Source: Parasitella parasitica NRRL 2501
Taxonomy: Eukaryota > Fungi > Mucoromycota
DNA: 33,736 nt
Assembly (NCBI GenBank): GCA_025201805.1
Contig: MU619425.1
Coordinates: 5,213-38,948, forward strand
Direction of reading: 5' to 3'
Shown here piece after piece: positions 20,587 through 32,324 of the stretch (position 1 is its first letter; every line of letters starts with the position of its first letter). The notes under the pieces were generated by a model. It did no database searches, was not told the origin of the DNA, and saw only the letters and a list, made by a program, of their open reading frames with translations. The position numbers and the translations under genes were made by a program.

Positions 20587-22764
20587 ATGTCTGAACCTGT
20601 TAAACTCTATATATATGACCTCTCTCAAGGAATGGCTCGCTCCATGTCAAGACAACTCACTGGAAAACAAATTGATGGCATTTGGCACACCTCCACAGTT
20701 GTGTTTGGCCAAGAATTTTATTTCGGTCAAGGCATCATGGCCTCAGAGCCAGGGGCAACACATCATGGACGTCCACTACAAATAATCGAGATTGGTGAAA
20801 CATTTTTACCATTGGAAGTCGTAGTAGAATACATTGATAGTCTTCGTTCAGTTTATACGTAAGCGTAGCTTTATGTTTTACTTGATGGTACGAGACTAAC
20901 GTAGATGTCAATAGTGCTGAAAAATACCACTTGCTAGACTTCAATTGCAACACCTTTTCAAACGACCTTTGTCAATTCTTGTGCGGTAAGACTATTCCTA
21001 ACCACATCACTGATTTACCTGCCGAGTTCTTAAACACGTAAGTGACAATTGTAATTTGACTCGTCTCTTTCTCAAAATTAAATTTCTATCTAGACCTTTT
21101 GGACAGTCCATCTTGCCAATGATTGAAAACATGTTTGGGCAATCGAATTTGAGTAGTGGTACTCGCAGCAACACAATCGCCTCACAACCATCAGCAGAGG
21201 TAGCATCGCTAGTTCAGGGCATATCATCTGCTGCTGCATCCGCTGCTCCGACAACAGTAAATCCAGTGCAGATTGCTAATACTGCTGCAATGGTAGACGG
21301 GTTTATCTCCAGCTATAAAGCAGTAATTGTGTTTTTTACATCCGCTTCGTGCCCACCATGTCGAGTGATTAAGCCAGATTTCGAGAGCTTGATCCGAGAA
21401 AAGAATGGCGCAAGTGAACAAATCAGGATTTTAGGAGTCATTATGGATACCTCGATGGCGCCTGACGCAGCAAAATATGGCATCAGTGCAACGCCTACTT
21501 TCCAATTATTCTTAAATGGGCAAATGTATTCGGAATTCAGAGGGGCAAACTATGCAGAATTGAAAAGTCAGATTGAAATTTTGTTATTTGAAGCATATCC
21601 TCGTAAGTGGCGTTGGTATGGCATCGATGAGATGGATCACTAATCTATATCTGCTGTGTGGATAAAAAAAAACCAAAAAGCTCATCCTCATAGAAAGGTT
21701 TTGCTCAGAGCCATCATAGATCAGCCCAATGTACCAATTCTGTATGCCACACCAGGAAAATGGGACATGATCTATGCAAAGCTACATACTTTTTTGGAAA
21801 AGGAAAACATCGCATTAGACGCAGAACAAAATAGCATATTGGAACAATCCAAACGATTCTTGGAAAAAACGGATTCAACATTGAATGTCGGCCAATGGAA
21901 GTCAATCGTAGGTACGCTTATCGTATAATGTTAAAGGCGATTTTATGACCTGAGACTAATGAGCAAATATAGATTTACTCTTGCAAAAATTGGCAGTTGA
22001 TCAATTATTTCCACTATTCGATATATACAGATCTTTGTTAACATCGAAAACCATGTCCGATTTCTATGTGAATGATCGTAAGTTGTCTGGCCATCAAAAT
22101 AAGCATATATTCAGCTGCTAAAATGTGTCGATAAAAGCTTCTCAAATTGCAACTATCATGGAAATTGCTTCCACGACTGAAGCACCAGCCAAAGCAACAT
22201 GGCTCATGATTTTGAGGATCGCCTGTAATATATTTTCCAATACAGCATTATCAACGACACAGTTCACGTCAAATCTTGCAGCATCTCATCGTGTACAACT
22301 TAGTCAGCTATTAGTGTCCAGTTTATTAGCCTCGGATATCCAAGTAAGACAAGCAGCGGCCTCTTTAGCATACAACTGCTCTACATGCATCGCCATTGAG
22401 AGATTAGAGAAGGAAAAGGGTACATTTTCTGGAATGGCGGAACAGGAAGACGATGATTGGGAGGTCGAATTGGCAAGTGCTGTCATGGATGCATTAATCA
22501 AAGAAAATGACCAAGAAATTAGTAAGTGGTGAACAATGTATGTTTGATCCTCTAACGCTTTTTATCACAGTTCATAGACTTTTGGCAGCCATTGGCAAAT
22601 TTTTATTCTTGGCACCTCAAGACTCATCTTCAGTCGCTGATTTGCTATCCGCTTTAGATATCAACAACGTCATTGAAGAGAAAAAGGCATTGAATGTAAT
22701 TAACTCCAGCAAAGTACTGGGGTTAGCGCGAGATATTTGTGAATTGATCAAGCAACAACCATGA
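20587..22764 (+). CDS. PPPDE (DeSI-like) peptidase + thioredoxin-like + PUL domain protein, multi-exon
   Basis: VKLYIYDLSQG...GIWHT...YHLLDFNCNTFS carries the His/Cys dyad. FFTSASCPPC...GISATPTF is Trx-like. LRIACNIF...VRQAAASLAYN is PUL-like. Confidence 0.9.
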
Positions 22765-22784
22765 AAAATAAACACGGTTTATTA

Positions 22785-23513
22785 TTAAGCTGATTTCTCT
22801 TGATCTAGATAATTCGGATTGGATGCCAATTTCCTTGACAAGTTTTCATACCAAGTTTGGAAGGTTTTTAAGGGCAAATATCCATTTTCCGTCAATTGAC
22901 CTAGTGGAATTGCATTGACTGGGAGGTTTTGTGTTGTGAAGGATGTGCAATAATTATACAAATTCTCTAATACGCGTCCTGCCATCTGGCCCACTTGAGA
23001 TACGTTAACGCCAGGCTTTACTAAAGCTGCAGACGTTGTAGGTTGATTTAATGTTGCAAGCTCTTGTTGAACAACGGCAATAGGTTCTATAGAAATGCCG
23101 AGGGTCGCTGGTGTTGACATTTGCATGTTGTTCACTGCCGATTCTTTCGTTTTCAGTCGGAAAATGGCGCTTGGCTTTTCATTTGATAATCTAGACGTAA
23201 TACACGCATGCTTATTAATTGTTCATGTCCAACAAACTATGGTTTACTTACCCGCCTAATAGTTGCCAATCTTTGTTTGGCCAAAGTAAATGAACAGTAG
23301 CAGCAAAACCGGGCTCAAACGGAATAGTGCCCAGTAAGAACACCACAATATGATTGATAGCCTGTGCATCGGCCAATTCAAAAACGTACTTGTTTACGTC
23401 AACTTGTTGTAAATTTGTTTGCACCTTTTGCAGTTTATTTTAGTATGCGATGTGATGGCAACTGAATACGGCTTTTTACTCACTAAACGACCAGCAGCAA
23501 TGCAGCCAAACAT
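22785..23513 (-). CDS. OPI10: Hikeshi/OPI10-family (DUF775) Hsp70 nuclear import carrier, 3 exons
   Basis: MFGCIAAGRL|VQT...INHIVVFLLGTIPF...WQLLGG|LSNEKPSAIFRL...LGISIEP...ENLYNYCTSF...FQTWY. Confidence 0.92.
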
Positions 23514-24002
23514 GTTTTTTGTGGAATTGTCTAGAAAACAGGAAGAAGTGCATTGTACGGAGCTCAAAAGGCCCGAGACTTACAAATCTGAGAGACCCTT
23601 CTGTCTAAAAACGGTAGCTTGTCTTTTTCGCTTGCAGATCGTTTTGAGCGACCACCCTTTACATCAAGCAAACAAGCAGGATATGACAAAAAAACTGTGT
23701 ACAGACTCGAAGAATTCAGGCTCATAAACACAATCTGGTATAAAGCACATTTTCAATTTAATAATTTTAGAGTCTGATTTTGGTAACCAGGCTCTTTATT
23801 CGCATTAAAAACACCACATTTGCCATATAGCAATCAAACTAGTTGAAGCTCTCATAGTAGCATGTAAATGATTATAGGCATATGCAATGAACTACACCAT
23901 ATGGTGATGGCAAAAAAAAAAAACAAAAAGCTTGAATTGACTCCTTCAAAAGTGATTTGCATTCGAGGTCAGGAAAAGACTTGACATATTTCTACAGTTT
24001 TA

Positions 24003-25397
24003 TTATACATTTTCGTTTTTGGGATATACTTGTCTAATGTTCAAATTTATTCTAGATGTGCTCATATAATCACCGAATAACCTCCAATCTGGCGCGTCGT
24101 CATATTGATTTTTGTTTGAAAGATATTCAGGTAGGGTGTCTTCAATAATCAGCGGCACACCTATTAGATGTAAAAGGTTTAGAAGATCCAGGCTTTGAAC
24201 AAATAAAATACCAAAACTAACCATGAAATGCCCTTCTACAAGGTCCAGTCATTACAACAATATCACCACTTTGTAACAATATGGGAGTGGGTTCCGTCTC
24301 TCTCGTCAAGCCACCAATAAGATATATGCAGGATTGACCCAAACTAAACAAGAAGGTAATTAGATGCACACTCTTTCTAACGCAACCTGCCTACGGTACC
24401 TGAGAGAAACCAAAGGTGCCTCCATGTTTACTTCGCTTCTGTCGACATGCCCCATCAATGTATCTCGATACTGGTAATAGTTGATAACACCAGCCTCAGC
24501 ATTAAAATTCTGTCCCTTGTATTGATTCATCCATGCATTTCCGTTGCCGTCGTCATATCCAATGTTTTCTACTGCGGTGACCACGGCCTTGGTCAACTCA
24601 GATACATCAGCAGGGAATGGATAGCGACGATCAAAGTGATATGTCTTTGTGGGCCAATGATATTGATATCCTAATGTAATCCAACGCATTTTGCGAACTA
24701 ATTCTGCAGGTGAGAGCAGTGGCACACCAGGCGCTGGCAAGGGATCTGGTTTCGGGTTATCGGTAACAGGTTTAAAATCATCTGAGCAAGCTGTTGGTGC
24801 CATCTTGGGCTCCTCTTTTGCCTCTTCTATGTCTGCATCATCCTCATCGCTTGAAGTGTCGGTATGAGCATCGGATGCAATCACTTTTTTGGGTACAAAG
24901 TATCCGGGATCTGTTGGCTTCAATGCTTCATTCTCTTGAGCTTCATATAGTGGCCAAAGGCCAGTTTCAGGTATGACATAGTGTGTGTCTAGATTGGAGG
25001 TATTGGGTGGTCGAGGATAGACGCTCATGCATTGTTTAATGAGACTGCGTTGAGCAACCGGTGTGAAAGCATTGGGAATAATGATTAATCCGGGTACGTT
25101 CTTCAACACAAAAGCGTCTCGACAAGGTGTCTCGCATCTACCAAATACAGAGGATAGTCGTCTCAAATCCTCCGTTAGCTGGACAGGCACAATTATATCA
25201 CTATGATCTTCTATTTTCTCAAAATCGACAACCTGAGAAAAGTCAGGTGGAGGCACCCTAGACTTGAAGTTGCGTTCAGCATAACGAAAAGGAGATTGAT
25301 TGACATACGATGCTGCCGTTTTCTTCTTTGCCTCGGCCTCCTTTCGCTCTCTCTCCCAGATCTTTTGCTGTCTCTTCGATTTGAAGGCAGGCGTCAT
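24003..25397 (-). CDS. ALKBH1: AlkB homolog 1 (Fe(II)/2-oxoglutarate dioxygenase), 3 exons
   Basis: Motifs PGLIIIPN, MRWITLGYQYHW, AEAGVINYY, MGHVDRSE (HxD), SGDIVVMTGPCRRAFHG and RINLNIRQV. Confidence 0.93.
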
Positions 25398-25423
25398 GAT
25401 GCTTGAAAAGAAAGAGAGAGAGA

Positions 25424-25433
25424 NNNNNNNNNN
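25424..25433. other. Assembly gap (10 N) beside a poly-A tract
   Basis: N run followed by about 40 A. Confidence 0.99.
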
Positions 25434-25475
<42 letters not shown>

Positions 25476-25509
25476 AAAATAGATAAAGCCACACAGGTCT
25501 TTTATTTTA

Positions 25510-26615
25510 TCAAGAGGGTGGAGCAGACCCAGAATCAGGCCTTATATCGTAGCTATAAAAAGCCATTTTGAGGACCAATGCAAAAATTGTATGAGCCAGC
25601 AAGATGGCCAGCAAGATAATACGTGATGTCTTGGCATCAGTTCTAGAGATAACAATGTACAAATTTTTGACTAAAAACACGGCAGTGACGATAAAAGCGA
25701 CACCGACAAACGCCCACCTTGCATAATCGAAAGGAATGATGCACAAAAGCTATACAAAGGCCCGTCAATTTGTAAGCTCATTTTTCGTCTACACACACAT
25801 TTGTTTCAACTTACAGAAACAGGGATCCAAATGGTCAGGCCGTAACCATAGTAATTGATGATTTCCAACAAACTAGGTTGACATCCAAAGTATTTGGTTG
25901 AGGCCCAAACAAGCGCAGGGCACAGGAATGCGTACATGTAAACTACGACCACAGCAAAACTCAATAATGTAAAGTCATACACATGTGGTTTTCCAGCAAT
26001 GTAAGCAGCTAAAGAACCAGCAAGCGACGAACAAACAAACACAAAGAATACGACAGATGTAGCAATCCAAAATGGCCCATAAAGATCTGGTTGGTTTTGA
26101 AGAGTGTCTGCCGCATAATCGCCAACAGGATACATGGATTTTAAACATCTATCGATCACTTGTGTAGTGTCGACATCAAAAAATTGTGCATAGTATTCAA
26201 CAGACCAAATGGGCTTTCCATTGGTGGTGTTTCTTTGTTGCTGAGGAGAGTCAAAGAATCCTGCATTTGAAGAGGCTGCTGCTGTTGCCAGAGGAGGAGG
26301 TGGAGGTGCAGACGACTGATTGACTAGAGAAAATTTTAGATGCTTTCATTTGGACTTTTTCACACAAAATGCATTACAAGTAGACTTGTTTGGACCAGAG
26401 AAATCTGTTGTTGTTTCTTGTCAGTTTTTTCAAGTTGATTTACCATGGCCGACAAGTAATATTTACCTTGGAACTCTAAACCATCGCTTTCGATAGTAGC
26501 AGGCTATGAAAATCAGTCAGTAATTTCTGGCTGTGAGGTGCTGCTTGATAAGATTAAGTACCTGTGTGTATGCCGCATCTTCCATGTCCACAAGGACATT
26601 GTATTTATTAGACAT
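25510..26615 (-). CDS. Yip1-domain Golgi membrane protein (YIPF1/2-like), 5 exons
   Basis: WSVEYYAQFFDVDT...QPDLYGPFWIAT...YYGYGLTIWIPVS. Short 5' exons MSNKYNVLVDMEDAAYTQ|PATIESDGLEFQ|DFSGPNKST. Confidence 0.9.
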
Positions 26616-26970
26616 CTTTAGATTAAAAGGCTAAGAAAGAGAAAAGCTGTAGATAATACAGAAAAAGTTAACAAGTAAAAAATGTTACAGATGCGGTTAT
26701 TCAACATATTTGTGACAAATGTGTCTGATGGTCTATGGTAAAAAAGCAGGTAAGCAATTTACCGACCTGCTCTCCCAGCTCCTCAAGATCTGATAGTAAT
26801 CTTTTACTATATCAATCTGTTGGTTCGTTTTATTCACTACAGAAAATAGCTGTTCATGACGTGTCAGGACATGAAATTGTTTCGTTCCTGTAGTAGGAAA
26901 GACTTGCAACGATTCGAACCACGCGCTCACTATAAACATAAGCGCATTTCATGTTGCGCTGTGTATGATA

Positions 26971-28521
26971 CTTCGTTTTTAGGGAACATTTATATTTTTT
27001 ATGGTGTAATAGCACAATCTTCATTATTTAATTGATTTCTTTGGAGGCAAGACAATTGGAAAAAAAGCAGATGTTATGCCTTACACAAGCCTTGCAATTG
27101 TCTCTGATGATTTCTTTACTTCAATCTCCAATATGCTGCAAAAACTCATTGTTGTCCGTGCCTGGCTTTCTTTTTGTCATAGTTTTTAACTTTGAGTAGT
27201 TTTCTTCGATTGGGTTCAAAAAAGGCGAATATGGAGGCAAGAAGTGTATTTTATGCCTTGTAGTGTAGATGTGATTTTTTGACTTCACGGGAAGTGTGGA
27301 TCCCAGCATTGTCCATGTTGAAATAATGCGGTGCAGCATTACTATTACCGAGTCTTTTGATCAACGATTTCAGAAAGTCGATAAAAATCGCTAAAGTCGT
27401 ACCTCCTTTTACTATTTTAGCGGAAACATCTTCATCACCTTTGTTCGAGATTGAGATGATAAAAACGTTCAGCGCTCTCTTCGTCTTGGTACTTATCGCA
27501 CGGTTTTCACTTTGCGAAACCATCCTTGTTGACAGATCAGATTTACGTTAAAACCTGATTCATCTACGAAGATGCAATTAGTTTCGGAGGATATCCATAG
27601 TTCTTGCAAGGATTCGACAAAAGTCTTTCTTCAGGCAATAGTAGCCGGATTGTTCCTTTTTTCTTCAATGGCTTTGATCTTTCAATGTAAATCCAATGTA
27701 TTTCATGATATTTATTTGAGGTTGAGCTTTTGGCGTATAAAGTAGACTGTGTTCTTTTAGTTACATAATAGAACCATCAAATGATTGTTGGCGATGTTGA
27801 TAAAATTAACATGAGGTTAAGAAAAATAGTATGATTAGAGTTGGGAGGTTTTTAATGTATTTATATACTAGATATTTGATCTCGATTGTGTAGTACATAT
27901 TGTTGGAAGATTTGCGCTTCCTCAAAACAATATGGCGAAAAATACATGCCTTTCTCACGGATATCATCAAACTTTCATGTAGTTTGTCCAAAATGTTCAA
28001 TCGGAAATTCTGAATGAATCATTAAGCTTGCTGGCTTCAGTCTTTCTACCGCCTCTTGGCTTTGGCGCAACCTCATACGTGTTCACCCAGTGATCCCTGA
28101 TGCTATCAACTGTTGATCTTGGCAAGCCAAGTAGTCTAGCAACTGCAGAGACACTCATGTCACCTTCTCTGATTGTCAAATCAATTATTCTCTCGCGAGT
28201 CTCCAATGAAATTTTTCTGTTCTTTTTGTTAATTCTTCTTCTAGTAGTCTTCTTGTTGGTGGCATTGTCGTTTTGTCTGTTTGAGTTCATGTTTAAGTTT
28301 ATTAGAAATGTTTTGGAAGGTTGGTAAAGAAAATATTCTTATTTGATTTTGATTGTATTTTTTATAAGTATTTATTAGTATAAGTTTGGTCATATAAACG
28401 TAATTTACATTTGTTTGTATTAAAAAACTTGAGTAATGATGAATATATGACATTTTTTAAGCTGAAAAGTAAAATCACTGAATAGAAATTATTCAAAAAT
28501 ATAAATGTCATCAAAATTCGG
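26971..28521 (-). mobile_element. Decayed Tc1/IS630-like (DDE_3) DNA transposon with degenerate TIRs and flanking TA
   Basis: HTH ORF 27997-28290 (VSAVARLLGLPRSTVDSI...PRGGRK); CIFVDESGFN (~27550-27577), MDNAGIH and FLPPYSPFLNPIEE lie in broken frames. Inverted 14-mer ACATTTATATTTTT at 26986-26999/28495-28508; TA at 26969-70 and 28522-23. Confidence 0.88.
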
Positions 28522-28639
28522 TATTGTTTGGGCTTGAAAGTTGCTTGTACGTGAATTGCGAGTGATGGATTTGCTAGTGTGTTAGTGCGTTGCGTGTATA
28601 CTTTTTTTTTTTTTTCTTTTTTAAAAGAGTGTTTTTTGG

Positions 28640-31600
28640 ATGATAAAGCTCTTTGCTTCTTTTTCTTTTAATTTTAAACATAAAATGTAAGATGTCCTAT
28701 TTTGCTTAATACACACATTTGTATACTGACATTATCATTGCTAAATAGCCAGCACACAAAACCCTCTTTAATCCGAACCTTGATGACAGCAAAATCAACA
28801 ACTCGTCCTGACTGGGAACTGGAATCTAATGGTAACTACTGGACTTACACTCACAAACTAGAAAAGTCGGATAACGATGACCGCGACTATCGCCTCATAA
28901 GATTGGCCTCCAACGACTTGCAGGTGCTACTAGTTCATGACAAAGACACAGACAAGGCCAGTGCAGCACTCGACGTTCATGTTGGCCATATCAGTGATCC
29001 GGTTGATCTGCAAGGTCTGGCTCATTTCTGTGAGCATCTTTTGTTTATGGGAACAGAAAAGTATCCCAAGGAAAACGACTACAATCAATACCTATCTGAA
29101 CACTCTGGCTTCTCCAATGCCTTTACTGGGGTTGAAGACACCAACTACTATTTCGAGGTTGGCCAAGAGCATTTGGAAGGCGCTTTGGACAGATTTGCTC
29201 AGTTTTTCATCAGCCCTTTGTTTTCGGACAGCTGCACTGAACGAGAATTGAAGGCCGTGGATTCAGAGCACAAGAAGAACAGACAGCAAGACAGCTGGCG
29301 CATGTTCCAGCTAGAGAAATCACTCAGTAACCCTCAGCACCCTTACTGTCATTTTGGTACGGGTAATTTGGAGACTCTTTATGAGAACCCCAAAAGGAAC
29401 GGACAAGACATCCGCGAAGAGCTGCTAAAATTCCATGAAGATTATTACTCTGCAAACATCATGAAGCTGTGCATACTAGGAAGAGAATCTCTCGATCAAT
29501 TGACAGACTGGGCAGTAAGCAAGTTCAAGGACGTCCGCAATAAGGGGATCGAGCCGCCCAGCTTTCCTGGCCATCCGTTGACTAAAAACGAACTTATGGT
29601 ATGATTAGGGAGTGAATATGAAATATATTTATGTAACGCTATTTTAGTGCTTAACTTTATCTAATTCTGCTCTCCTTAGAAACAAATATTTGTTAAGCCT
29701 GTCAAAGATGTACGTTCCTTAGAAATGACTTTTCCCTTTCCCGACCAAAGACCATTGTATGCTGTTCAAGTAAGTGCCCTCAAAGATATATATATACTTC
29801 TTCACTCACGCCAATGTTAGCCTGGTAGATATCTGTCTCATCTGCTCGGCCATGAAGGTCGTGGCTCTATTTTATCCTTGCTCAAAAAGAACGGCTGGGC
29901 AAACTACCTTCAAGTTGGCACCATCCATGGCGGCATTGGGTTTGAATTTATGCGCATCAGCGTAGACCTCACCGAGCAAGGTTTAAGTATGTGTTATATA
30001 CAGTGGAATGCTCACGTGTTGGCGTTTAAGCATACTCACACAGGCTTTTTATAGCACATTACCAAGATGTCATCCTCGCCATATTCAAATACATCAATCT
30101 CCTTAAAAAAGAAGGCATACAGGCTCGTATCTTTGAAGAAGTCCAGTCCCTCGCTTCGCTTGCTTTTAGATTCAAGGAGAAATACCCTCCTTCCCAATAC
30201 ACGTCTCGCCTGGCCGGATTAATGCAACACGGATATCCTGAAGCCTACATCTTGAGTGGCCCTAGTCTGATTCGTGGATATGATCCTCAGCTCATCAAAG
30301 AGAATTTGAGTTGGATCCGTCCTGATAACTTTCGCATTATGCTAGCAAGCCAGACACCTCCTAACGGCGTTGAGTACACTCAAAAAGAAACTTGGTACGA
30401 AACTGAATACAGCGTTGTTGATTTTGATGAGGGTTTAATTGAGGTAACTATTACGAAAGGGAGAGGCTGTACTTGAACTATTTATTGACTCTGCATAATA
30501 TAGTCCCTAAAGAACTTGCAAGATGATGAGGCATTAGCGTTACCGGATGACAATGCATTCATCCCAACCAATTTTGAAACGCACAAGAAGTCCGTTGAAA
30601 CAACTACAAAGAGACCCGAGTTGGTTGAAAATACACCCCTGCTTCGTTTGTGGCACAAGAAAGATGATACTTTTTGGGTTCCCAGAGCCAATGTTTGGAT
30701 TTTGTTTAGATCACCTTTAGCTTATGCTACTCCCAACAACTGTGTCAAAACTCGTTTATATACGGACTTGCTTAAAGACTCTCTCAACGAATACGCGTAC
30801 GATGCTGAAGTAGCCGGCCTTTGCTACAATATTGAAAATCAACTGGAAGGCATGTTACTCGCTGTAGGCGGTTACAATGACAAGCTTGCTGTTTTGCTGG
30901 AAAAAGTGATTCAGAAGATGAAAGACTTTCAAGTGGATCATGAACGTTTCAAGTTGCTCAAAGATCAGTTGCGTCGATCCTACAAGAATTTTTCATTGGA
31001 ACCTCCCTATCAACATGCGCTCTACTACCTTTCGTATTTGACTCAAGACAAAATGTGGACCAATGCAGAGAAACTGGCCGAGCTGGATCACATCACTGCC
31101 CAAGACATTCAGTCATTCTACCCTTCCATCTTGTCTCAACTGCACATAGAAGCTCTTGTTCACGGTAATCTGTTCAAAGAAGACGCTGTTGAGATGCTGA
31201 AGAACACCGTCGAGATATTAAAACCCAAGGCATTACAACCTAGTCAATTGAATGGCCTTCATAGTCTGATTCTCCCCGAGGGGTCTAAATGGGTGTATCG
31301 CCGTGATGTAGAGGACCCCAACAATGTGAATTCAGGCATTGAATACCTGATCCAGGTTGGCAACGTGACACAAACAGCACTCAGAGCTAAACTTAGCTTA
31401 CTGGCACAGATTGCACAGGAGCCTTGTTTTGATCAACTGCGAACAAAAGAGCAGCTGGGCTACTTGGTATTCAGTGGTGTTCGTAAGCAGACAGGTTCTA
31501 TGGGCTTGCGCTTTATTTTACAGAGCGAGCGAGATACAATTTATCTGGAGAACCGTATTGAAGAATTTTTGGCCAAGCTGAGAAGCATCTTGGAGAAGAT

Positions 31601-32324
31601 GACGCCCGAGGAATACAAGGCTCAGGTACAATCGCTGATCTCCAAGAAGCTGGAAAAAGACAAGAACCTCGGCCAAGAGGGCGGTAAATACTGGACACAC
31701 ATCCACTCAGGCTACTATGAATTCAACCAAGTGGACACCGATATCAAAGAACTGCGTCTGATTGAAAAAGACGACCTATTAGCCTTTATGACTGAATACA
31801 TTGACCCTCAATCTCCATCCGTCCGCAAACTATCTGTGCATATTCAATCACAAAAGACGCCGCCACCCAAAACAAAGTTCAAGGTCAATATAGAATCATT
31901 GCATACATGTCTTGTGTCTCAAGGCGTAACTCGTCTTAGTATCGAAGATGTTCGATCAGCTGTAGAGAAGGGCGATGCAGGAGAAGCCAGTATCGAAGCT
32001 AATCTGCGTGATTTGCTAACTGATGAAAGCAAGGCTGATGAATCTGCTATTGAATCCTTGATGGCTAAGCTGATGATTGCTATGCGTGAGACTGAAACTA
32101 CGGATGGCTCTTATGTTACTGTTGATAACCAGAAGATCCAGCGCAGATTGTCCATGGTAAATGGCGAGGTTCGCGAGGTATCATCGTCCACTTCGAGTGC
32201 TGTCGATCAAACTGAAAGAGATCATACTCAAATTCCCGCCGGTAACAAGATCATTACAAATGTGATTGACTTTAAGAGTAGCGTAGAACTGAGCCCTGCT
32301 GCTGTACCATTGATTAAATTTTGA
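28640..32324 (+). CDS. STE23: Insulysin/Ste23-like M16A metallopeptidase, multi-exon; alternative in-frame start at 28783
   Basis: Motifs [18 protein letters not shown] (HxxEH), [26 protein letters not shown] and [12 protein letters not shown]. Upstream exon 28640-28686 joins in frame via intron 28687-28748. Confidence 0.95.

Noticed and set aside
32313-32324. Ste23 C-terminal IKF as a PTS1
   Set aside because: Ile at -3 does not fit the small-residue consensus.
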